64,000 nucleotides of DNA from Auanema rhodensis (taxonomy: Eukaryota; Animalia; Nematoda). Of this stretch, positions 52,801 through 64,000 are shown in pieces. The DNA is taken from the NCBI GenBank assembly GCA_964057225.1, contig OZ059894.1, positions 21,390,001-21,454,000 on the forward strand, in the 5' to 3' direction. Each line of letters begins with the position of its first letter. Positions within the stretch are counted from its first letter, which is position 1. A model generated the notes under the pieces. The model did no database searches, was not told the DNA's origin, and was given only the letters and a program-made list of their open reading frames with translations. A program made the position numbers and the translations under genes.

Positions 52801-55800
52801 TGCATTAGTGTATGTTGAGTTTCCATGTACACTCAACATTGCTTCCAAAAACATTTTGACAAAAATTTTTTCGAAAAATTTCAAAATAATTTAGCAAAAA
52901 GTAGATGTTTTTAGATTTCTTTTTTCAAGGCAAAGACGATGGACAATGTTATTCAACGAAAAAATTAATTCTTCAGGGTGAAAATCGAGGATATAAGTGT
53001 GAACTTATATCAGTTGATATCTCGGTGCATTTTTACGCTAGCGCAAATTTGATAACACAGATCGACGCAGCTTAAAAATCCGCATCGAATGCACTATACT
53101 ACATCAAGAAACGCTTGATACAAAAATTAGTTATGATCGTTTGAAAAATGATGCATTAGTGTATGTTGAGTTTCCATGTACACTCAACATTGCTTCCAAA
53201 AACATTTTGACAAAAATTTTTTCGAAAAATTTCAAAATAATTTAGCAAAAAGTAGATGTTTTTAGATTCCTTTTTTTAAGGCAAAGACGATGGACAATGT
53301 TATTCAACGAAAAAATTAATTCTTCAGGGTGAAAATCGAGGATATAAGTGTGAACTTATATCAGTTGATATCTCGGTGCATTTTTAAGCTAGCGCAAATC
53401 TGATAACACAGATCGACGCAGCTTAAAAATCCGCATCGAATGCACTATACTACATTGAGAAACGCTTGATACAAAAATTAGTTATGATCGTTTGAAAAAT
53501 GATGCATTAGTGTATGTTGAGTTTCCATGTACACACAACATTGCTTCCAAAAACATTTTGACAAAAATTTTTTCGAAAAATTTCAAAATAATTTAGCAAA
53601 AAGTAGATGTTTTTAGATTCCTTTTCTTAAGGCAAAGACGATGGACAATGTTATTCAACGAAAAAATTAATTCTTCAGGGTGAAAATCGAGGATATAAGT
53701 GTGAACTTATATCAGTTGATATCTCGGTGCATTTTTACGCTAGCGCAAATTTGATAACACAGATCGACGCAGCTTAAAAATCCGCATCGAATGCACTATA
53801 CTACATTGAGAAACGCTTGATACAAAAATTAGTTATGATCGTTTGAAAAATGATGCATTAGTGTATGTTGAGTTTCCATGTACACTCAACATTGCTTCCA
53901 AAAACATTTTGACAAAAATTTTTTCGAAAAATTTCAAAATAATTTAGCAAAAAGTAGATGTTTTTAGATTCCTTTTTTTAAGGCAAAGACGATGGACAAT
54001 GTTATTCAACGAAAAAATTAATTCTTCAGGGTGAAAATCGAGGATATAAGTGTGAACTTATATCAGTTGATATCTCGGTGCATTTTTAAGCTAGCGCAAA
54101 TCTGATAACACAGATCGACGCAGCTTAAAAATCCCCATCGAATGCACTATACTACATTGAGAAACGCTTAATACACAAATTAGTTATGATCGTTTGAAAA
54201 ATGATGCATTAGTGTATGTTGAGTTTCCATGTACACACAACATTGCTTCCAAAAACATTTTGACAAAAATTTTTTCGAAAAATTTCAAAATAATTTAGCA
54301 AAAAGTAGATGTTTTTAGATTTCTTTTTTCAAGGCAAAGACGATGGACAATGTTATTCAACGAAAAAATTAATTCTTCAGGGTGAAAATCGAGGATATAA
54401 GTGTGAACTTATATCAGTTGATATCTCGGTGCATTTTTACGCTAGCGCAAATTTGATAACACAGATCGACGCAGCTTAAAAATCCGCATCGAATGCACTA
54501 TACTACATCAAGAAACGCTTGATACAAAAATTAGTTATGATCGTTTGAAAAATGATGCATTAGTGTATGTTGAGTTTCCATGTACACTCAACATTGCTTC
54601 CAAAAACATTTTGACAAAAATTTTTTCGAAAAATTTCAAAATAATTTAGCAAAAAGTAGATGTTTTTAGATTCCTTTTTTTAAGGCAAAGACGATGGACA
54701 ATGTTATTCAACGAAAAAATTAATTCTTCAGGGTGAAAATCGAGGATATAAGTGTGAACTTATATCAGTTGATATCTCGGTGCATTTTTAAGCTAGCGCA
54801 AATCTGATAACACAGATCGAAGCAGCTTAAAAATCCGCATCGAATGCACTATACTACATTGAGAAACGCTTGATACAAAAATTAGTTATGATCGTTTGAA
54901 AAATGATGCATTAGTGTATGTTGAGTTTCCATGTACACACAACATTGCTTCCAAAAACATTTTGACAAAAATTTTTTCGAAAAATTTCAAAATAATTTAG
55001 CAAAAAGTAGATGTTTTTAGATTCCTTTTCTTAAGGCAAAGACGATGGACAATGTTATTCAACGAAAAAATTAATTCTTCAGGGTGAAAATCGAGGATAT
55101 AAGTGTGAACTTATATCAGTTGATATCTCGGTGCATTTTTACGCTAGCGCAAATTTGATAACACAGATCGACGCAGCTTAAAAATCCGCATCGAATGCAC
55201 TATACTACATCAAGAAACGCTTGATACAAAAATTAGTTATGATCGTTTGAAAAATGATGCATTAGTGTATGTTGAGTTTCCATGTACACTCAACATTGCT
55301 TCCAAAAACATTTTGACAAAAATTTTTTCGAAAAATTTCAAAATAATTTAGCAAAAAGTAGATGTTTTTAGATTCCTTTTCTTAAGGCAAAGACGATGGA
55401 CAATGTTATTCAACGAAAAAATTAATTCTTCAGGGTGAAAATCGAGGATATAAGTGTGAACTTATATCAGTTGATATCTCGGTGCATTTTTAAGCTAGCG
55501 CAAATCTGATAACACAGATCGACGCAGCTTAAAAATCCGCATCGAATGCACTATACTACATCAAGAAACGCTTAATACACAAATTAGTTATGATCGTTTG
55601 AAAAATGATGCATTAGTGTATGTTGAGTTTCCATGTACACTCAACATTGCTTCCAAAAACATTTTGACAAAAATTTTTTCGAAAAATTTCAAAATAATTT
55701 AGCAAAAAGTAGATGTTTTTAGATTTCTTTTTTCAAGGCAAAGACGATGGACAATGTTATTTAACGAAAAAATTAATTCTTCAGGGTGAAAATCGAGGAT

Positions 55801-58800
55801 ATAAGTGTGAACTTATATCAGTTGATATCTCGGTGCATTTTTACGCTAGCGCAAATTTGATAACACAGATCGACGCAGCTTAAAAATCCGCATCGAATGC
55901 ACTATACTACATCAAGAAACGCTTGATACAAAAATTAGTTATGATCGTTTGAAAAATGATGCATTAGTGTATGTTGAGTTTCCATGTACACTCAACATTG
56001 CTTCCAAAAACATTTTGACAAAAATTTTTTCGAAAAATTTCAAAATAATTTAGCAAAAAGTAGATGTTTTTAGATTTCTTTTTTCAAGGCAAAGACGATG
56101 GACAATGTTATTCAACGAAAAAATTAATTCTTCAGGGTGAAAATCGAGGATATAAGTGTGAACTTATATCAGTTGATATCTCGGTGCATTTTTACGCTAG
56201 CGCAAATTTGATAACACAGATCGACGCAGCTTAAAAATCCGCATCGAATGCACTATACTACATCAAGAAACGCTTGATACAAAAATTAGTTATGATCGTT
56301 TGAAAAATGATGCATTAGTGTATGTTGAGTTTCCATGTACACTCAACATTGCTTCCAAAAACATTTTGACAAAAATTTTTTCGAAAAATTTCAAAATAAT
56401 TTAGCAAAAAGTAGATGTTTTTAGATTCCATTTTTCAAGGCAAAGACGATAGACAATGTTATTCAACGAAAAAATCAATTCTTCAGGGTGAAAATCGAGG
56501 ATATAAGTGTGAACTTATATCAGTTGATATCTCGGTGCATTTTTAAGCTAGCGCAAATCTGATAACACAGATCGACGCAGCTTAAAAATCCCCATCGAAT
56601 GCACTATACTACATTGAGAAACGCTTAATACACAAATTAGTTATGATCGTTTGAAAAATGATGCATTAGTGTATGTTGAGTTTCCATGTACACTCAACAT
56701 TGCTTCCAAAAACATTTTGACAAAAATTTTTTCGAAAAATTTCAAAATAATTTAGCAAAAAGTAGATGTTTTTAGATTCCTTTTCTTAAGGCAAAGACGA
56801 TGGACAATGTTATTCAACGAAAAAATTAATTCTTCAGGGTGAAAATCGAGGATATAAGTGTGAACTTATATCAGTTGATATCTCGGTGCATTTTTACGCT
56901 AGCGCAAATTTGATAACACAGATCGACGCAGCTTAAAAATCCGCATCGAATGCACTATACTACATCAAGAAACGCTTGATACAAAAATTAGTTATGATCG
57001 TTTGAAAAATGATGCATTAGTGTATGTTGAGTTTCCATGTACACTCAACATTGCTTCCAAAAACATTTTGACAAAAATTTTTTCGAAAAATTTCAAAATA
57101 ATTTAGCAAAAAGTAGATGTTTTTAGATTCCTTTTTTTAAGGCAAAGACGATGGACAATGTTATTCAACGAAAAAATTAATTCTTCAGGGTGAAAATCGA
57201 GGATATAAGTGTGAACTTATATCAGTTGATATCTCGGTGCATTTTTAAGCTAGCGCAAATCTGATAACACAGATCGACGCAGCTTAAAAATCCGCATCGA
57301 ATGCACTATACTACATCAAGAAACGCTTGATACAAAAATTAGTTATGATCGTTTGAAAAATGATGCATTAGTGTATGTTGAGTTTCCATGTACACTCAAC
57401 ATTGCTTCCAAAAACATTTTGACAAAAATTTTTTCGAAAAATTTCAAAATAATTTAGCAAAAAGTAGATGTTTTTAGATTCCATTTTTCAAGGCAAAGAC
57501 GATAGACAATGTTATTCAACGAAAAAATCAATTCTTCAGGGTGAAAATCGAGGATATAAGTGTGAACTTATATCAGTTGATATCTCGGTGCATTTTTAAG
57601 CTAGCGCAAATCTGATAACACAGATCGACGCAGCTTAAAAATCCCCATCGAATGCACTATACTACATTGAGAAACGCTTAATACACAAATTAGTTATGAT
57701 CGTTTGAAAAATGATGCATTAGTGTATGTTGAGTTTCCATGTACACTCAACATTGCTTCCAAAAACATTTTGACAAAAATTTTTTCGAAAAATTTCAAAA
57801 TAATTTAGCAAAAAGTAGATGTTTTTAGATTCCTTTTCTTAAGGCAAAGACGATGGACAATGTTATTCAACGAAAAAATTAATTCTTCAGGGTGAAAATC
57901 GAGGATATAAGTGTGAACTTATATCAGTTGATATCTCGGTGCATTTTTACGCTAGCGCAAATTTGATAACACAGATCGACGCAGCTTAAAAATCCGCATC
58001 GAATGCACTATACTACATCAAGAAACGCTTGATACAAAAATTAGTTATGATCGTTTGAAAAATGATGCATTAGTGTATGTTGAGTTTCCATGTACACTCA
58101 ACATTGCTTCCAAAAACATTTTGACAAAAATTTTTTCGAAAAATTTCAAAATAATTTAGCAAAAAGTAGATGTTTTTAGATTCCTTTTTTTAAGGCAAAG
58201 ACGATGGACAATGTTATTCAACGAAAAAATTAATTCTTCAGGGTGAAAATCGAGGATATAAGTGTGAACTTATATCAGTTGATATCTCGGTGCATTTTTA
58301 AGCTAGCGCAAATCTGATAACACAGATCGACGCAGCTTAAAAATCCCCATCGAATGCACTATACTACATTGAGAAACGCTTAATACACAAATTAGTTATG
58401 ATCGTTTGAAAAATGATGCATTAGTGTATGTTGAGTTTCCATGTACACACAACATTGCTTCCAAAAACATTTTGACAAAAATTTTTTCGAAAAATTTCAA
58501 AATAATTTAGCAAAAAGTAGATGTTTTTAGATTTCTTTTTTCAAGGCAAAGACGATGGACAATGTTATTCAACGAAAAAATTAATTCTTCAGGGTGAAAA
58601 TCGAGGATATAAGTGTGAACTTATATCAGTTGATATCTCGGTGCATTTTTACGCTAGCGCAAATTTGATAACACAGATCGACGCAGCTTAAAAATCCGCA
58701 TCGAATGCACTATACTACATCAAGAAACGCTTGATACAAAAATTAGTTATGATCGTTTGAAAAATGATGCATTAGTGTATGTTGAGTTTCCATGTACACT

Positions 58801-61800
58801 CAACATTGCTTCCAAAAACATTTTGACAAAAATTTTTTCGAAAAATTTCAAAATAATTTAGCAAAAAGTAGATGTTTTTAGATTCCTTTTTTTAAGGCAA
58901 AGACGATGGACAATGTTATTCAACGAAAAAATTAATTCTTCAGGGTGAAAATCGAGGATATAAGTGTGAACTTATATCAGTTGATATCTCGGTGCATTTT
59001 TAAGCTAGCGCAAATCTGATAACACAGATCGACGCAGCTTAAAAATCCGCATCGAATGCACTATACTACATTGAGAAACGCTTGATACAAAAATTAGTTA
59101 TGATCGTTTGAAAAATGATGCATTAGTGTATGTTGAGTTTCCATGTACACACAACATTGCTTCCAAAAACATTTTGACAAAAATTTTTTCGAAAAATTTC
59201 AAAATAATTTAGCAAAAAGTAGATGTTTTTAGATTCCTTTTCTTAAGGCAAAGACGATGGACAATGTTATTCAACGAAAAAATTAATTCTTCAGGGTGAA
59301 AATCGAGGATATAAGTGTGAACTTATATCAGTTGATATCTCGGTGCATTTTTACGCTAGCGCAAATTTGATAACACAGATCGACGCAGCTTAAAAATCCG
59401 CATCGAATGCACTATACTACATCAAGAAACGCTTGATACAAAAATTAGTTATGATCGTTTGAAAAATGATGCATTAGTGTATGTTGAGTTTCCATGTACA
59501 CTCAACATTGCTTCCAAAAACATTTTGCCAAAAATTTTTTCGAAAAATTTCAAAATAATTTAGCAAAAAGTAGATGTTTTTAGATTCCTTTTTTTAAGGC
59601 AAAGACGATGGACAATGTTATTCAACGAAAAAATTAATTCTTCAGGGTGAAAATCGAGGATATAAGTGTGAACTTATATCAGTTGATATCTCGGTGCATT
59701 TTTAAGCTAGCGCAAATCTGATAACACAGATCGACGCAGCTTAAAAATCCGCATCGAATGCACTATACTACATTGAGAAACGCTTGATACAAAAATTAGT
59801 TATGATCGTTTGAAAAATGATGCATTAGTGTATGTTGAGTTTCCATGTACACACAACATTGCTTCCAAAAACATTTTGACAAAAATTTTTTCGAAAAATT
59901 TCAAAATAATTTAGCAAAAAGTAGATGTTTTTAGATTCCTTTTCTTAAGGCAAAGACGATGGACAATGTTATTCAACGAAAAAATTAATTCTTCAGGGTG
60001 AAAATCGAGGATATAAGTGTGAACTTATATCAGTTGATATCTCGGTGCATTTTTACGCTAGCGCAAATTTGATAACACAGATCGACGCAGCTTAAAAATC
60101 CGCATCGAATGCACTATACTACATCAAGAAACGCTTGATACAAAAATTAGTTATGATCGTTTGAAAAATGATGCATTAGTGTATGTTGAGTTTCCATGTA
60201 CACTCAACATTGCTTCCAAAAACATTTTGACAAAAATTTTTTCGAAAAATTTCAAAATAATTTAGCAAAAAGTAGATGTTTTTAGATTCCATTTTTCAAG
60301 GCAAAGACGATAGACAATGTTATTCAACGAAAAAATCAATTCTTCAGGGTGAAAATCGAGGATATAAGTGTGAACTTATATCAGTTGATATCTCGGTGCA
60401 TTTTTAAGCTAGCGCAAATCTGATAACACAGATCGACGCAGCTTAAAAATCCGCATCGAATGCACTATACTACATTGAGAAACGCTTAATACACAAATTA
60501 GTTATGATCGTTTGAAAAATGATGCATTAGTGTATGTTGAGTTTCCATGTACACTCAACATTGCTTCCAAAAACATTTTGACAAAAATTTTTTCGAAAAA
60601 TTTCAAAATAATTTAGCAAAAAGTAGATGTTTTTAGACTCCATTTTTCAAGGCAAAGACGATAGACAATGTTATTCAACGAAAAAATTAATTCTTCAGGG
60701 TGAAAATCGAGGATATAAGTGTGAACTTATATCAGTTGATATCTCGGTGCATTTTTAAGCTAGCGCAAATCTGATAACACAGATCGACGCAGCTTAAAAA
60801 TCCGCATCGAATGCACTATACTACATTGAGAAACGCTTAATACACAAATTAGTTATGATCGTTTAAAAAATGATGCATTAGTGTATGTTGAGTTTCCATG
60901 TACACTCAACATTGCTTCCAAAAACATTTTGACAAAAATTTTTTCGAAAAATTTCAAAATAATTTAGGAAAAAGTAGATGTTTTTAGATTTCTTTTTTCA
61001 AGGCAAAGACGATGGACAATGCTATTCAACGAAAAAATTAATTCTTCAGGGTGAAAATCGAGGATATAAGTGTGAACTTATATCAGTTGATATCTCGGTG
61101 CATTTTTAAGCTAGCGCAAATCTGATAACACAGATCGACGCAGCTTAAAAATCCGCATCGAATGCACTATACTACATTGAGAAACGCTTAATACACAAAT
61201 TAGTTATGATCGTTTGAAAAATGATGCATTAGTGTATGTTGAGTTTCCATGTACACTCAACATTGCTTCCAAAAACATTTTGACAAAAATTTTTTCGAAA
61301 AATTTCAAAATAATTTAGGAAAAAGTAGATGTTTTTAGATTTCTTTTTTCAAGGCAAAGACGATGGACAATGCTATTCAACGAAAAAATTAATTCTTCAG
61401 GGTGAAAATCGAGGATATAAGTGTGAACTTATATCAGTTGATATCTCGGTGCATTTTTAAGCTAGCGCAAATCTGATAACACAGATCGACGCAGCTTAAA
61501 AATCCGCATCGAATGCACTATACTACATTGAGAAACGTTTGATACAAAAATTAGTTATGATCGTTTGAAAAATGATGCATTAGTGTATGTTGAGTTTCCA
61601 TGTACACTCAACATTGCTTCCAAAAACATTTTGACAAAAATTTTTTCGAAAAATTTCAAAATAATTTAGGAAAAAGTAGATGTTTTTAGATTTCTTTTTT
61701 CAAGGCAAAGACGATGGACAATGCTATTCAACGAAAAAATTAATTCTTCAGGGTGAAAATCGAGGATATAAGTGTGAACTTATATCAGTTGATATCTCGG

Positions 61801-63868
61801 TGCATTTTTACGCTAGCGCAAATTTGATAACACAGATCGACGCAGCTTAAAAATCCGCATCGAATGCACTATACTACATTGAGAAACGCTTAATACACAA
61901 ATTAGTTATGATCGTTTGAAAAATGATGCATTAGTGTATGTTGAGTTTCCATGTACACACAACATTGCTTCCAAAAACATTTTGACAAAAATTTTTTCGA
62001 AAAATTTCAAAATAATTTAGCAAAAAGTAGATGTTTTTAGATTTCTTTTTTCAAGGCAAAGACGATGGACAATGTTATTCAACGAAAAAATTAATTCTTC
62101 AGGGTGAAAATCGAGGATATAAGTGTGAACTTATATCAGTTGATATCTCGGTGCATTTTTACGCTAGCGCAAATTTGATAACACAGATCGACGCAGCTTA
62201 AAAATCCGCATCGAATGCACTATACTACATCAAGAAACGCTTGATACAAAAATTAGTTATGATCGTTTGAAAAATGATGCATTAGTGTATGTTGAGTTTC
62301 CATGTACACTCAACATTGCTTCCAAAAACATTTTGACAAAAATTTTTTCGAAAAATTTCAAAATAATTTAGCAAAAAGTAGATGTTTTTAGATTCCTTTT
62401 TTTAAGGCAAAGACGATGGACAATGTTATTCAACGAAAAAATTAATTCTTCAGGGTGAAAATCGAGGATATAAGTGTGAACTTATATCAGTTGATATCTC
62501 GGTGCATTTTTAAGCTAGCGCAAATCTGATAACACAGATCGACGCAGCTTAAAAATCCGCATCGAATGCACTATACTACATTGAGAAACGCTTGATACAA
62601 AAATTAGTTATGATCGTTTGAAAAATGATGCATTAGTGTATGTTGAGTTTCCATGTACACACAACATTGCTTCCAAAAACATTTTGACAAAAATTTTTTC
62701 GAAAAATTTCAAAATAATTTAGCAAAAAGTAGATGTTTTTAGATTCCTTTTCTTAAGGCAAAGACGATGGACAATGTTATTCAACGAAAAAATTAATTCT
62801 TCAGGGTGAAAATCGAGGATATAAGTGTGAACTTATATCAGTTGATATCTCGGTGCATTTTTACGCTAGCGCAAATTTGATAACACAGATCGACGCAGCT
62901 TAAAAATCCGCATCGAATGCACTATACTACATCAAGAAACGCTTGATACAAAAATTAGTTATGATCGTTTGAAAAATGATGCATTAGTGTATGTTGAGTT
63001 TCCATGTACACACAACATTGCTTCCAAAAACATTTTGACAAAAATTTTTTCGAAAAATTTCAAAATAATTTAGCAAAAAGTAGATGTTTTTAGATTCCTT
63101 TTCTTAAGGCAAAGACGATGGACAATGTTATTCAACGAAAAAATTAATTCTTCAGGGTGAAAATCGAGGATATAAGTGTGAACTTATATCAGTTGATATC
63201 TCGGTGCATTTTTACGCTAGCGCAAATTTGATAACACAGATCGACGCAGCTTAAAAATCCGCATCGAATGCACTATACTACATCAAGAAACGCTTGATAC
63301 AAAAATTAGTTATGATCGTTTGAAAAATGATGCATTAGTGTATGTTGAGTTTCCATGTACACTCAACATTGCTTCCAAAAACATTTTGACAAAAATTTTT
63401 TCGAAAAATTTCAAAATAATTTAGCAAAAAGTAGATGTTTTTAGATTCCTTTTTTTAAGGCAAAGACGATGGACAATGTTATTCAACGAAAAAATTAATT
63501 CTTCAGGGTGAAAATCGAGGATATAAGTGTGAACTTATATCAGTTGATATCTCGGTGCATTTTTAAGCTAGCGCAAATCTGATAACACAGATCGACGCAG
63601 CTTAAAAATCCCCATCGAATGCACTATACTACATTGAGAAACGCTTAATACACAAATTAGTTATGATCGTTTGAAAAATGATGCATTAGTGTATGTTGAG
63701 TTTCCATGTACACACAACATTGCTTCCAAAAACATTTTGACAAAAATTTTTTCGAAAAATTTCAAAATAATTTAGCAAAAAGTAGATGTTTTTAGATTCC
63801 TTTTCTTAAGGCAAAGACGATGGACAATGTTATTCAACGAAAAAATTAATTCTTCAGGGTGAAAATCG
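49829..63868. repeat. Largely dimeric domain (A/B monomer alternation) with nested 8-mer and 3-mer duplications
   Basis: Monomers with TTTACGCTAGCGCAAATTTG alternate with monomers carrying GTACACACAAC or ATCCCCATC. 49829-52636 repeats at 52637-55444 (2808 bp). AAAATCAATT+CCCCAT repeats at 1053 bp within 56147-58252. Confidence 0.85.
60710..61762. repeat. Three consecutive monomers sharing private variants
   Basis: TTTAGGAAAA (60968, 61319, 61670) and ATGCTATTC seen only in these three monomers. Confidence 0.9.
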
Positions 63869-64000
63869 AGGATATAAGTGTGAACTTATATCAGTTGATA
63901 TCTCGGTGCATTTTTAAGCTAGCGCAAATCTGATAACACAGATCGACGCAGCTTAAAAATCCGCATCGAATGCACTATACTACATCAAGAAACGCTTGAT

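Larger units (their letters stand above)
1..64000. repeat. Tandem satellite DNA array, 351-bp monomer, 182 full copies plus a 132-bp partial copy; runs to both window edges
   Basis: AGGATATAAGTG recurs at 1, 352, 703, 1054, 1405, 1756, 2107 ... 3861, 7371, 10881, 14391, 17901, 21411, 24921 ... 61061, 63869. The period is 351 bp except in five monomers with indels (net -14 bp; 63868+14=182x351). Monomers differ by a few substitutions each. Confidence 0.99.

Noticed and set aside
60964-61670. TTAGG telomere-like motif
   Set aside because: Single isolated pentamers created by one C>G substitution, not tandem telomeric repeats.
1-64000. CRISPR array or other repeat-spacer system
   Set aside because: There are no unique spacers: the whole 351-bp unit repeats with only point variants, and no cas or other genes are present.
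1-64000. Tandem RNA gene cluster (5S rRNA, tRNA, snRNA, SL RNA)
   Set aside because: I recognise no 5S, tRNA cloverleaf, A/B box or spliced-leader sequence, and frequent T4-T6 runs on both strands would terminate Pol III. An Rfam/Infernal scan would be the formal test.
1-64000. Transposon insertion, inversion or array junction
   Set aside because: Monomer phase is accounted for across the entire window with a net shift of only -14 bp and constant orientation, leaving no room for inserted sequence.

Overview
The whole 64-kb window is one uninterrupted head-to-tail satellite DNA array. It holds 182 complete copies of a 351-bp AT-rich monomer (about 32% GC by hand count of monomer 1) plus a 132-bp partial copy at the end, all in one orientation. 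I see no unique sequence, no inserted mobile element and no credible gene; the listed ORFs arise from single-base variants that remove stop codons in some monomers. The array looks like eukaryotic (peri)centromeric or heterochromatic satellite, and the lack of CpG depletion suggests a host with little CpG methylation. The informative structure lies at three levels. (i) Within the monomer: nested inverted repeats that could form hairpins, and A/T tracts. (ii) Between monomers: a succession of short, local higher-order duplications with periods of 6, 9, 8, 8, 5, 10, 2, 7, 4, 2, 8 and 3 monomers. (iii) Along the window: layered turnover of diagnostic variants, with only five indels. I found no evidence of a novel coding system; the findings concern satellite architecture and evolution.
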